32,000 bases of DNA. Source: Chlamydiota bacterium. Lineage in GTDB: Bacteria > Auribacterota > JACPWU01. The notes beneath the pieces are model-generated. The model saw nothing but the letters and a program-made list of their open reading frames with translations. It searched no databases and was not told the origin of the DNA. The position numbers and the translations under genes were made by a program. Numbering within the stretch: the stretch's first letter is position 1; each line of letters begins with the position of its first letter. Of this stretch, positions 8,310 through 16,940 are shown piece after piece. The DNA lies in contig JACPWU010000050.1 in NCBI GenBank assembly GCA_016196885.1, positions 38,794-70,793 on the forward strand, given 5' to 3'.

Positions 8310-8420
8310 ATGACCAATGACCCATTTCAAATGTCAAATGAATGGACAATGACCCGATGTTCAATTGGACATTGACTCATTGGAAATTCATTTGTTATTG
8401 GTCATTGGTCATTTGAAATT
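8310..8420. repeat. CCAATGA/TTGGTCA heptamer-hairpin repeat (rsmH/ftsL spacer)
   Basis: ATGACCAATGACCCATTTCAAATGTCAAATGAATGG pairs with CATTCATTTGTTATTGGTCATTGGTCAT. 7-nt periodicity is visible throughout. CAATTGGACATT core. Confidence 0.75.
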
Positions 8421-9330
8421 ATATTTTCTCTATCGCCCTTAACCTGGCACTCCTCGCTCTTCGATTCTCACGCACCTCTTCTGGAGAAGGTCTCAGAGGT
8501 TTACGCGTTAAAATTTTAACCACCCCAGACCCTCCAGATTCATCCCCCCCTTTGACAGAACAGCCTCTAAAAAACCGTTTCACCAAACCGTCCTCTAAAG
8601 AATGAAAAGAAATAACGACCCATCGTCCGCCTGACCTCAAGGCACGAAGCGCCTGAGGCAACACCTCTTCCAAGGCTCCCATCTCATCATTCACATAAAT
8701 TCTTAAGGCTTGAAAAACTCTCGTCGCCGGGTGAATTTTTTGATTTTGATAACGCCGTCCGATTGTTTTCTCAACCAGGTCAGCCAATTGAAAGGAATTC
8801 TGCAAAGGAAGTTGTCTTCGGGATTGAACAATGGCTCTTGCGATTTTGCGGGCATAACGCTCTTCGCCCAGATCAAAAAAAATTCGGCTCAGCTCCTCTT
8901 CACTTGAATCGCGCAACACTTCTCGAGCTGTACATCCCTTGGAAACATCCATTCTCATATCCAAAGGTCCCGAATTGGAAAAACTAAAACCACGCTCAAC
9001 ATCTTCTAATTGATAAGAGGAAAAGCCTAAATCCATCAGGATTGCGTCCACCTGACTTACTTGAAGAGATTTCAAATGGCTTTCTAAATTTCTAAAATTG
9101 CCATGAACCCATCGAATGTCATCATTGAAATCTCTCAAATTTTCCTTCGCAACTTCCAAGGTACGCTCGTCTTGATCCATAGCGATCAAACTCCCCCCTG
9201 GCAAAATTCCTTTTAAAATCTCCCTCGAATGACCTCCCAAACCAACGGTTGCATCCACCACGGTGCTTCCTGGCTTTAAATTCAGAAACTCCAATGCTTC
9301 TCTTAGAAAAACACTAACGTGCGTAAACAA
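8419..9330 (-). CDS. rsmH: 16S rRNA (cytosine1402-N4)-methyltransferase RsmH
   Basis: HVSVFLREALEFL..VVDATVGLGGHS and the DLGFSSYQLE motif. Apparent TTG start at 9330. Second gene of the dcw cluster. Confidence 0.9.
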   Translation of the reverse strand: MFTHVSVFLREALEFLNLKPGSTVVDATVGLGGHSREILKGILPGGSLIAMDQDERTLEVAKENLRDFNDDIRWVHGNFRNLESHLKSLQVSQVDAILMDLGFSSYQLEDVERGFSFSNSGPLDMRMDVSKGCTAREVLRDSSEEELSRIFFDLGEERYARKIARAIVQSRRQLPLQNSFQLADLVEKTIGRRYQNQKIHPATRVFQALRIYVNDEMGALEEVLPQALRALRSGGRWVVISFHSLEDGLVKRFFRGCSVKGGDESGGSGVVKILTRKPLRPSPEEVRENRRARSARLRAIEKI

Positions 9331-9349
9331 TGTTCAAACTCTTTTTAAA

Positions 9350-9426
9350 GCGTACAGCGTTCAGCGGACAGCGGACAGTTTGAAGGAACTTATTTTTCTG
9401 TCCGCTGTACGCTGAACGATGTACGC
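9350..9426. repeat. CGTACAG/CGTTCAG heptamer hairpin (mraZ/rsmH spacer)
   Basis: GCGTACAGCGTTCAGCGGACAGCGGACAG pairs with CTGTCCGCTGTACGCTGAACGATGTACGC around a ~19-nt loop. Confidence 0.75.
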
Positions 9427-9436
9427 CGAACGGTCC

Positions 9437-9886
9437 TTAAATCCCCTGCCCGTCCATCAACAATTTTTCAGCAATCTCTTCATAACTCTTGGTAGATTCA
9501 GCCACAAAATGATCCCAAGCCGTCTGGTCCCAAATCTCAATGCGATTCAGCACCCCGACCAGCACCACATCCTTGCGAATATCGGCATAACTCAAAAGAG
9601 GTTGAGGAATGATAATGCGCCCCTGCTTATCACTCACCACTTCAAAAGCCCCGGAAAAAAACATCCGCGAAAAATGTCTAGACGTACTTTGAGTCATGGG
9701 AAGGTTTTTCAATTTCTGCTCAATCAAGTTCCAATCGGGTTCTGTAAAAACAAAAATGGATTTTTCTAAACCTCTCGTGAGAAAAAATCTCTCCACGTAA
9801 ACCTCTTTAACGGCCTCGCGGAATTTGGAAGGAATCAAAACGCGGTTCTTATGATCTAAGGAGTGACGATACTCACCGTAAAACAT
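9437..9886 (-). CDS. mraZ: Transcriptional regulator MraZ
   Basis: MFYGEYRHSLDHKNRVLIPSKFR and a second half-domain DKQGRIIIP. First gene of the dcw cluster. Confidence 0.9.
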   Translation of the reverse strand: MFYGEYRHSLDHKNRVLIPSKFREAVKEVYVERFFLTRGLEKSIFVFTEPDWNLIEQKLKNLPMTQSTSRHFSRMFFSGAFEVVSDKQGRIIIPQPLLSYADIRKDVVLVGVLNRIEIWDQTAWDHFVAESTKSYEEIAEKLLMDGQGI

Positions 9887-9958
9887 TTGCGGGTCCTTTT
9901 TATCTTATTAAACGCCTTTACCAGCCCCTGTTCCCGCTTCCCCTAAAGAAGAATATAT

Positions 9959-10021
9959 ACCACAATACACCACTTTTCACCACTTTGATATCAGTTTAAG
10001 GCTCTTTTCCCCCACTGTCAA
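9959..10021 (-). promoter_or_regulatory. Putative Pmra sigma-70 promoter with three MraZ-box direct repeats
   Basis: On the minus strand, TTGACA (10021-10016) is followed by a 17-nt spacer and TAAACT (9998-9993). Then GTGGT occurs three times at exact 10-bp spacing (plus-strand ACCAC at 9979-9983, 9969-9973 and 9959-9963). Confidence 0.6.
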
Positions 10022-10028
10022 CGAAAAT

Positions 10029-10122
10029 AGCGTTCAGCATTCAGCGTTCAGCGTTCAGCGTTCAGCGTTCAGAAAAAAACAAGCTCCTTTAAACTGTCGC
10101 TATACGCTGAACGCTGTACGCT
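10029..10122. repeat. Heptamer array hairpin between rnpB and the mraZ promoter
   Basis: AGCGTTC/AGCATTC occurs 6 times in tandem at 10029-10072. The complementary arm CTGTCGC TATACGC TGAACGC TGTACGC lies at 10094-10122. Confidence 0.8.
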
Positions 10123-10168
10123 CTATTTTATTGGGGTATTTTTCAGCTAGATTGAGTATATTATTAAT

Positions 10169-10561
10169 GAAGGGAGAGCCGGATGATCGCTCCGACGTAA
10201 CGTCGGAGAGGAAAGTCCGAACTCCACAGGGTGAAGTGACTTCTCGTAGAAGTCGGTCGAGCGCTTTTTAAATAAAGTTCAAGACCAGGGAAAGTGCCAC
10301 AGAGACAATACTACTTCGATGCAAATCGAAGGAAAGGTGAAAAGAGAAGGGATGTTCGAAAGAGCTACTCTTCTCTCCGATGAGTACAAGCTCTATCGGA
10401 GTGGAAAACCCCACTTGGAGCGAGATCAAATAAAAGACCGTGAGGTACCCGCCTCCCGTTGACTGAATCGACAGGTCTTGGGTAAGATCGCATAAGAGAA
10501 ATGATCATCACGGGCCGTCTAAAAACGGCCTGACAGAATTCGGCTTACAGGCTCTTCCTTC
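10169..10561 (+). ncRNA. rnpB: RNase P RNA, bacterial type A
   Basis: GAGAGGAAAGTCCGAAC (CR-I / P4 5' strand), ACAGAATTCGGCTTACAG (CR-V / P4 3' strand) and AGGGAAAGTGCCACAGAGA. The P1 stem GAAGGGAGAGCC pairs with GGCTCTTCCTTC. Confidence 0.85.
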
Positions 10562-10567
10562 ATTTTT

Positions 10568-10858
10568 TCACCCACCCAACCTTCCATCCCTGAAGAATTG
10601 AAGCGTGTGAATGGTAAAAATTGAGATGCCAATGGAAATTCTTAAAAGCCTGAAAAATTGAATTCGAAAGGTATCTTGTTTGGAACGAAGCATGCCCGCC
10701 ACTCCATCACTGACCAAAAGAACTCCAGCCGCAAATGCCCAATAATCCACAACCACAGGCCCAGATTTTGAAAAAAACGTATGCCACGTAGAGAAACAAC
10801 TCAACGCCGCGATTAAAAATGCAAAGGCCAAAAGATATTTCTTTTCGGCAAAGTCCAT
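10568..10858 (-). CDS. Small hypothetical membrane protein (about 3 TM helices)
   Basis: Hydrophobic ORF. ATG 10858 is preceded by GAAGGAG at 7 nt. The track start at 10909 would overlap the upstream gene by 41 nt. Confidence 0.5.
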   Translation of the reverse strand: MDFAEKKYLLAFAFLIAALSCFSTWHTFFSKSGPVVVDYWAFAAGVLLVSDGVAGMLRSKQDTFRIQFFRLLRISIGISIFTIHTLQFFRDGRLGG

Positions 10859-10868
10859 AAGCACTCCT

Positions 10869-11525
10869 TCAAAATTTTTCATTCCATTCAGGGGATAAAT
10901 ATTTTTCATGCAAAAAGGGCAAGGCTTCCAAAGAGCAAATCATAGAATCTGAATCCTGAAAATTCAAATCAAAAACTTTTGAAAAGGCTTGATGAATTTG
11001 ATAAATTAAATCGTTTCTCTCAATCCCATTTTCTAAATGGATAGATCCTTGATGAAGTAAAAATCCCCTTCTTCTGCGCTGAGCCCCTCCTGCTATTTTT
11101 CGAGATTCTACCACAAGATCTCCCTTCACAGGCGTTTGAAAACAAAAATTTCCCTCTTGACTCTTGCCTTCATAAACTTCAGCGGATACGCCTAAGGAAA
11201 CAAACGCATTTTTCAAAACCCCATGAATCCAGCCATAACTCTCTTGGATATTTTTTAAGAAAGGAACCGATTCCAAAGCAAGGACGAGAGAAAAAGTTAA
11301 ATCATCTCCATGGGGAACAATCCCTCCACCCGTCCAGCGACGCACAAAAGGACGATCTAAAGAGAGATCCCCATTTATCTTTTGAAAATAACCAATGGAA
11401 TAACTAAAGGTTTCCCAATCATAAAAACGCAAAGCAGGAATCTCAGCCAGTAAAAGGCCCTCGTCAACAGCCATGTTCCAGGCAGGATCACGGGGAGGGG
11501 TTTCAAAAACAATTAATTTATACAT
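10869..11525 (-). CDS. Lipoate-protein ligase / octanoyltransferase family protein (BPL_LplA_LipB fold)
   Basis: FVRRWTGGGIVPHGDDLTFS and RKIAGGAQRRRRGFLLHQGSI resemble the LplA/LipM catalytic region. It is adjacent to gcvH, whose product is lipoylated. Start moved to ATG 11525 (MYKLIVFE) because the upstream codons are repeat sequence. Confidence 0.7.
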   Translation of the reverse strand: MYKLIVFETPPRDPAWNMAVDEGLLLAEIPALRFYDWETFSYSIGYFQKINGDLSLDRPFVRRWTGGGIVPHGDDLTFSLVLALESVPFLKNIQESYGWIHGVLKNAFVSLGVSAEVYEGKSQEGNFCFQTPVKGDLVVESRKIAGGAQRRRRGFLLHQGSIHLENGIERNDLIYQIHQAFSKVFDLNFQDSDSMICSLEALPFLHEKYLSPEWNEKF

Positions 11526-11528
11526 AAT

Positions 11529-11645
11529 CTCAAATTTCCAATGACCCATTCCCAATGTCAAATGAATGACCCATGACTCAATATCCAATTGGACATTCGA
11601 TCATTGGAAATTAACTTGTCATTGGCAATTGAGAATTGGAAATGA
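11529..11645. repeat. CCAATGA/CCAATTGGACATT heptamer-hairpin repeat (gcvPB/ligase spacer)
   Basis: Shares CCAATGACCCATT, AATGTCAAATGAATG, CAATTGGACATT and TCATTGGAAATT with 8310-8420. Confidence 0.75.
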
Positions 11646-11651
11646 TCAAAG

Positions 11652-13088
11652 TTACCAAACCAGTCTTAATTCTTTGGCCGCCGCAACTTCATCCAATCGC
11701 CGAACAGGTGTTTCGGTTGGAGCTTGATGAAGTTTTTCGGGAGCGTTTTGGGCCTCCCGGGCAATCTGAACCATCAAATCTGCGTAAGCATCTAAGGTCT
11801 CTCGGGTTTCCGTCTCAGTCGGTTCTATCATCATGGCCTCCTCCACAATCAAAGGAAAATAAACGGTCGGAGGGTGCATTCCAAAATCTAAAAGTCTTTT
11901 CGCAATATCAAGTGCACGAACACCATGCTTCACATAAGGCTTGGCCGAGACCACGAATTCATGCATAAAGGGACCTGGGAAAGGAGTTTCGAAAATTTTC
12001 TTCAATTTCGAAAAAAGATAATTGGCATTGAGAACAGCCGCTTGTCCTGTTTTCTCAAGTCCTTCCTTACCTAAAGCCTTGATATACGTATAGGCTCGAA
12101 CCAAAATCCCCACATTGCCGTAAAAAGACCGTACGCGACCTACAGAATCGGGGAGATTTTCATTCAAAAAATATTCTCCCTCTTTTTTTTCAATCACAGG
12201 TGTGGGTAAAAATTTTGCCAAATGCGCTTTCACCCCGACAGGCCCAGCACCGGGACCTCCACCCCCATGGGGGGTCGAGAAGGTTTTATGCAAATTCAAA
12301 TGAACCATGTCAAATCCCATATCTCCGGGCCTGGCCAAACCCAAGAGTGGATTCAAATTTGCTCCATCATAATAAAGGAGCGCCCCTATTTTATGCATGT
12401 CTTTGGCAACGCGAAGAATATCCCTCTCAAAAAGGCCCAGCGTATTAGGATTGGTCAGCATGAGACAAGCCACATCCGGATTCAGAACCTTTTCCAGGGC
12501 CTCGGAATCAATATGGCCCTTGGCATCCGAAGGAACAGAGACCACGGTGAAGCCCGCCAAATGGGCACTGGAAGGATTGGTCCCGTGTGCAGAATCAGGG
12601 ACAATCACCTGGGTTCTCTTTTGGCCCAACGAATCAAAATAGGCCCGCACGATGAGCATGCCTAAAAATTCACCCTGCGCCCCGGCACAGGACTGGAGAC
12701 AAAATCGGTCCATCCCTGAAATCTCAGAGAGGAGTTTTTCCAATTCATAAAGCAAAGACAAAATCCCTTGAGAAAGATGAGCGGGTTGAAGAGGATGCAC
12801 CTTTGCAAACCCTGATAAAGAGGCAGCTACCTCATTCATTTTCGGATTGTATTTCATGGAACAGGAGCCCAGTGGATAAAAATTGGAATCTATCGAAAAA
12901 TTCAAACGCGACAAATGCGTATAATGTCTGACCACCTCGAGTTCACTTAAAGAGGGAAGGCCATTTTCACTTTCCCTTAAAAATTCTTGGGGGATCACTT
13001 GAATACTTTGAAAAGGGCCTGTGTCTTCCCCGGGCAATGAATAGGCACGACGACCTTCCTTACTTAATTCAAAAAGAGTTTTTTCCAT
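11652..13088 (-). CDS. gcvPB: Glycine dehydrogenase (decarboxylating) subunit 2
   Basis: 478 aa with the NLHKTFSTPHGGGGPG pyridoxal-phosphate lysine motif. Overlaps the gcvPA stop by 20 nt. Confidence 0.95.
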   Translation of the reverse strand: MEKTLFELSKEGRRAYSLPGEDTGPFQSIQVIPQEFLRESENGLPSLSELEVVRHYTHLSRLNFSIDSNFYPLGSCSMKYNPKMNEVAASLSGFAKVHPLQPAHLSQGILSLLYELEKLLSEISGMDRFCLQSCAGAQGEFLGMLIVRAYFDSLGQKRTQVIVPDSAHGTNPSSAHLAGFTVVSVPSDAKGHIDSEALEKVLNPDVACLMLTNPNTLGLFERDILRVAKDMHKIGALLYYDGANLNPLLGLARPGDMGFDMVHLNLHKTFSTPHGGGGPGAGPVGVKAHLAKFLPTPVIEKKEGEYFLNENLPDSVGRVRSFYGNVGILVRAYTYIKALGKEGLEKTGQAAVLNANYLFSKLKKIFETPFPGPFMHEFVVSAKPYVKHGVRALDIAKRLLDFGMHPPTVYFPLIVEEAMMIEPTETETRETLDAYADLMVQIAREAQNAPEKLHQAPTETPVRRLDEVAAAKELRLVW

Positions 13089-14445
13089 GTTCTACCGTCT
13101 CGTTAGCCTCTTGGGCCAGCTTTTCCACAAAGTGTTTTATTTTTTGATCGCTCATCATCTCTGTCACACAAACCAAAAGCGCATCATCCAAATCGGGATA
13201 AAAAGGCTTCAGATGAAGCCCAGGAATAATCTTTTTCTTTTGCATTCTGCGAATCAATTCTTCGGGATTCATGGGAACACGAATCACAAATTCGTTGAAG
13301 AAAGGCTCCGGGAAGGCGAGAGAAAATCCAGGAACACGGGTCATCAGATCGGCCAAATCATGGGCCTTTTTGAGATTGAGAAGTGAAACCTTCTTGAAAC
13401 CTTCAGGACCCATCACGCAAAGATAGAGAGCCCCCATCAAGGCATTCAAAGATTGATTGGTGCAAATGTTGGAGGTGGCCTTCTCCCGCCGAATATGCTG
13501 CTCCCGGGCCTGCAAGGTGAGAACAAATCCCCGCCTACCATCGAGATCCTTCGTCATCCCAACCAGACGGCCAGGCATCTTTCTCACAAATTCCTTCCGA
13601 CATGTCATGAATCCAAAAGAGGGCCCACCAAATTGAAGGACATTTCCAAGACTTTGTCCCTCCCCCACACAAATGTCAGCACCCAACTCTCCAGGAGATT
13701 TCAAAACACCGAGCGCGATCGGATAAGCGACCAAAATAAAAAGAGCCCCATAACGCTTGCACAACTTTCCCGCCTCTTCCATTTTTTCAAGGCAGCCCAA
13801 AAAGTTGGGCCATTGCGCAATAAAGGCCGTCGCCCCTTTTTTGAGTTCATCTTCGAGCTTTTCAAAATCCGTTACCCCCCCACGTCTTGGAATTTCAACA
13901 ATCGCCTCAGCGGTTGCTGTTAAATAGGTTTTAAAAACTTCCCGATATTGAGGGTTCACGGTTTCTGAGACGAGAATTCTATCTCCACTCCCCTGAACTC
14001 TCATGGCCATCAGTGCGGCTTCTGCCACGGCTGAAGAGCCATCGTAAAGAGAGGCATTGGAAACATCGAGACCCGTTAAACGGGCCATCATGGTTTGATA
14101 TTCGAAAATCGCCTGAAGCGTCCCTTGACTCGCCTCCGGCTGATAAGGGGTATACGATGTGGAAAATTCTCCCCGAGAAGCCAAGGCATTTACGACGCTC
14201 GGAATAAAATGATGATAAGCCCCTGCACCCAAGAAACTGTCATAGGATTCTACCGTGCCATTGAGATCTGCCTTGGACTTTAAAAGCTGTAAAACTTCAT
14301 ACTCCGAGAGACCTTTTTCAATCTCGTATTGAGCCCTCTTCACATCTTTTGGAACCAACTGACGGGTTAAATCTTCGAAAGAAGAGAAGCCAATCTCTCG
14401 AAGCATTTCATTCCAATCTTGAGGGGTATGAGGAACAAAATCCAT
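13069..14445 (-). CDS. gcvPA: Glycine dehydrogenase (decarboxylating) subunit 1
   Basis: 458 aa with FLGAGAYHHFIPS and YTPYQPEASQG motifs. The start abuts the gcvH stop (TGAATG). Confidence 0.95.
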   Translation of the reverse strand: MDFVPHTPQDWNEMLREIGFSSFEDLTRQLVPKDVKRAQYEIEKGLSEYEVLQLLKSKADLNGTVESYDSFLGAGAYHHFIPSVVNALASRGEFSTSYTPYQPEASQGTLQAIFEYQTMMARLTGLDVSNASLYDGSSAVAEAALMAMRVQGSGDRILVSETVNPQYREVFKTYLTATAEAIVEIPRRGGVTDFEKLEDELKKGATAFIAQWPNFLGCLEKMEEAGKLCKRYGALFILVAYPIALGVLKSPGELGADICVGEGQSLGNVLQFGGPSFGFMTCRKEFVRKMPGRLVGMTKDLDGRRGFVLTLQAREQHIRREKATSNICTNQSLNALMGALYLCVMGPEGFKKVSLLNLKKAHDLADLMTRVPGFSLAFPEPFFNEFVIRVPMNPEELIRRMQKKKIIPGLHLKPFYPDLDDALLVCVTEMMSDQKIKHFVEKLAQEANETVEHGKNSF

Positions 14446-14832
14446 TCAAGCCTCCACACCAATCAAACGCTGATAATCCTGTGCACTCAAAAGCTCTGTG
14501 GCCAATGAATGGGGATCCAGCTGAAGCACAAAAAACCATCCTGAATCATACGGATCCTTATTCACCACACTGGTGTCTTTTGCCAGAGACTCATTGACAC
14601 GCAGCACCGTCCCCGAAAGAGGTGCATAAATATCCGAAGCTGCTTTCACAGATTCTACAACAGCACAAGAATCCTCCGCCTTCAATTTTTGACCCACTTT
14701 CGGCAACTCCACGAAAACAACATCACCCAATTCATGCTGTGCGAAATCCGTAATTCCGACCACCCCTTCTCCCTTTTCACTGCGCACCCATTCATGCGTT
14801 TTTGAATATTTTAAATCCTTTGGTACATTCAT
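14446..14832 (-). CDS. gcvH: Glycine cleavage system H protein
   Basis: YSKTHEWV and the lipoyl-lysine motif VESVKAASD. The track start at 14844 is a TTG. ATG 14832 follows GAGGGGGATT. Confidence 0.9.
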   Translation of the reverse strand: MNVPKDLKYSKTHEWVRSEKGEGVVGITDFAQHELGDVVFVELPKVGQKLKAEDSCAVVESVKAASDIYAPLSGTVLRVNESLAKDTSVVNKDPYDSGWFFVLQLDPHSLATELLSAQDYQRLIGVEA

Positions 14833-14840
14833 AATCCCCC

Positions 14841-15971
14841 TCAATTTTGGATTTTGGATTTTAAAGAAGACAATCCACCTTTGTAAAACGGCGTCTTCAC
14901 TATTTCTGCCAAGCGCTCCACGCCTCGAATGGAAATATAAATCGGAATCCCTACATGCGCATAAGCAATGTCAATATAGGCTAGACCTATATTTTTACTC
15001 AACGTGGGCGAAAAGGAACCCGAAGTCACAAGACCCATTTCTCTTCCATCCCTCAAGACAGAATGCCCTTGTCTTGGAATGGCCTGATCAATCATTTCAA
15101 ATCCCACCAAGCGGCGTTTCAAACCTTCTTCCCGCTGGCCGATCAAGGCCTGCCGTCCTATAAAATCGCCTTTGTGAAAAGAGATCGTCCACGCAAGCCC
15201 TGCCTCTAAAGGCGTATTTTCCTGGGTCATATCGTGTCCGTAAAGAAGGTATCTCATTTCTAATCTTAAGGTGTCCCGAGCTCCTAACCCCACGGGAATC
15301 ACCTCATGACCGATATCCACCCTAAAAAGCTCATCCCAAAAATCGAGGGCCTTTTCTTTGGGAATAGAAATTTCAAAACCGCTCTCTCCCGTATATCCGG
15401 TTCTTGAAACAAGAAGCTCAACTTCTTTCCATTTCATCTTTTTAAAATGATAATAGCCCATGTCATGAAGTGATGCCCCTAATAATTTTTCCATCAGGAG
15501 ATCTGCCAAGGGCCCCTGCACTGCCAAGAAGGCTGTGCCCTGGGACTCATCCAGAAAAGATACATTCTCACCTTTCGCTTGAGTCTTCAGCCATTTCAGA
15601 TCCTTTTCCACATTGGACGCATTCACCACCAAATAAAACTCATCCATTTTATTTTGATAAACCAAAATGTCGTCTAAAATTTTCCCCTCTTCATTACACA
15701 AAGGGGTGTACAAAATTTTTCCGTTCTTTAATTTTTTTAAATCATGGGTGATCATTTTTTGAAGAAATTCAAAGGCTTGAGGTCCCCTCACCCACAAACG
15801 TCCCATGTGAGAAATGTCAAAAACCCCAACCTTGCGCCTCACGGCCTGATGCTCCTCTAAAATCCCCCGATAATAAATGGGCATGAGAAAACCAGCAAAT
15901 TCGGCCATGCGGGCGTGAAGCGCGACATGTTTGTCATAAAGAGGAGTTTTTCGAAGAGAAACGTGAGACAT
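14841..15971 (-). CDS. gcvT: Aminomethyltransferase (glycine cleavage T protein)
   Basis: LRKTPLYDKHVALHARM..FAGFLMP, GVFDISHMG and SRTGYTGESGFEI. ATG 15971 overlaps the upstream stop (TGATG). GTG 15974 is an alternative start. Confidence 0.9.
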   Translation of the reverse strand: MSHVSLRKTPLYDKHVALHARMAEFAGFLMPIYYRGILEEHQAVRRKVGVFDISHMGRLWVRGPQAFEFLQKMITHDLKKLKNGKILYTPLCNEEGKILDDILVYQNKMDEFYLVVNASNVEKDLKWLKTQAKGENVSFLDESQGTAFLAVQGPLADLLMEKLLGASLHDMGYYHFKKMKWKEVELLVSRTGYTGESGFEISIPKEKALDFWDELFRVDIGHEVIPVGLGARDTLRLEMRYLLYGHDMTQENTPLEAGLAWTISFHKGDFIGRQALIGQREEGLKRRLVGFEMIDQAIPRQGHSVLRDGREMGLVTSGSFSPTLSKNIGLAYIDIAYAHVGIPIYISIRGVERLAEIVKTPFYKGGLSSLKSKIQN

Positions 15972-16729
15972 CACGGAGTCCCTTGTTCTGCAGAATGAGG
16001 AATATCAGCGGTGGAGGAGGCGCCTTCTTCTGGAATAAAAAGCAACCGCGCACAATTTTCACAAGAGATCAATTCTGTTTCTTTCCTCACATTCACCATC
16101 ACTTGAGGAGGAAGAAGCGTATGACAACCCTGACAACTGCGATCGACAATCGGAACAATTGCAATTCCGTGGACATGGGCCAAAATTCGGGTGTAGCGCT
16201 TAAAGAAAACGGGATCCACATCCTTCACGAGGCTTTCTCTTTCTTTCTTTAATGCCTCAAGCCTTTCCTCAATCACTTTCATCTTTCCTTGAATCTCCTC
16301 TTCCTTGCGGCTGAATTGAGATTTAACCTCTTGAAGCTCCGCCTCCACTTTTCTAATCGCTGCGTTTTGCGTATCCAGCGTGACCCATTTCTCTAATATT
16401 TCATCCTCGATGCGGGACATTTCCGTTTTGGCACCAAAGATTTCTTTCTCCAATGCCTTGTATTCTTGATTGGTCTTGACCGCCATCAACTGTGCCTCTT
16501 GTTTTTGACGGACCGTGTTCTTACTCTCAAGATCTATCTCTAACTTTTTATGGGCCACTTGAATTTCTTTGAGCAACGTCTTGGCCGCCTCTACCTCCCT
16601 ATTTTTTGCGTCCACCCATCCCTTTAATTGATTCAACAATTGAGGAAGAGCTTTTTTCTCATCCTCTAATTTAATCATTTCCACATCTTTTTCTTGAACC
16701 GCCAGTAACTTTTTGAGTTCTTCTACCAT
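15971..16729 (-). CDS. Coiled-coil protein with C-terminal C4 zinc ribbon (COG1579/DUF164-like)
   Basis: About 190 aa of heptad-rich charged sequence, followed by CQGCH...(22 aa)...CENC. Confidence 0.65.
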   Translation of the reverse strand: MVEELKKLLAVQEKDVEMIKLEDEKKALPQLLNQLKGWVDAKNREVEAAKTLLKEIQVAHKKLEIDLESKNTVRQKQEAQLMAVKTNQEYKALEKEIFGAKTEMSRIEDEILEKWVTLDTQNAAIRKVEAELQEVKSQFSRKEEEIQGKMKVIEERLEALKKERESLVKDVDPVFFKRYTRILAHVHGIAIVPIVDRSCQGCHTLLPPQVMVNVRKETELISCENCARLLFIPEEGASSTADIPHSAEQGTP

Positions 16730-16798
16730 AAAATGAAATTGCCTTTCATAAGAAGACTTGTCCTATCTAAAAATCACAATTTCCAATCTTTATAATCC

Positions 16799-16872
16799 TG
16801 GGCAACGCTGGGCTCGAACCAGCGACCCCTACCGTGTGAGGATAGTGCTCTAACCAACTGAGCTAGTTGCCC
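16799..16872 (-). tRNA. tRNA-Val (anticodon CAC)
   Basis: The minus strand GGGCAACTAGCTCAGTTGGTTAGAGCACTATCCTCACACGGTAGGGGTCGCTGGTTCGAGCCCAGCGTTGCCCA folds as a cloverleaf. 7-bp acceptor stem, GTTCGAGC T-loop, anticodon loop CT-CAC-AC. No CCA is encoded. Confidence 0.9.
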
Positions 16873-16881
16873 TAAAAAACT

Positions 16882-16940
16882 GTGCATCGTACATAGCACA
16901 TCGCCATTCGTAAAAAAACGAGTAACGACTAACGACGATC
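16882..16940. repeat. Heptamer-periodic tract (GCATCGT / ACGACTA words) between the lipoprotein gene and tRNA-Val
   Basis: GTGCATC GTACATA GCACATC GCCATTC then ACGAGTA ACGACTA ACGACGA. Arm complementarity is only partial. The right arm encodes the lipoprotein C-terminus. Confidence 0.4.

Noticed and set aside
10029-10072. Possible CRISPR array or other spaced repeat (also considered for 26608-26710 and for the GTCGCCCCATTTATGGGGC hairpin in the composite repeat)
   Set aside because: The units are 7 nt and directly abutting, with no spacers. The CRISPR-repeat-like hairpin occurs only twice, 6 kb apart, embedded in a larger conserved element. No cas genes are in the window.
15972-16798. Glycine riboswitch upstream of gcvT
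   Set aside because: gcvT overlaps the preceding gene. The only non-coding stretch (16730-16798, 69 nt) is too short and lacks the conserved aptamer core as far as I can see.
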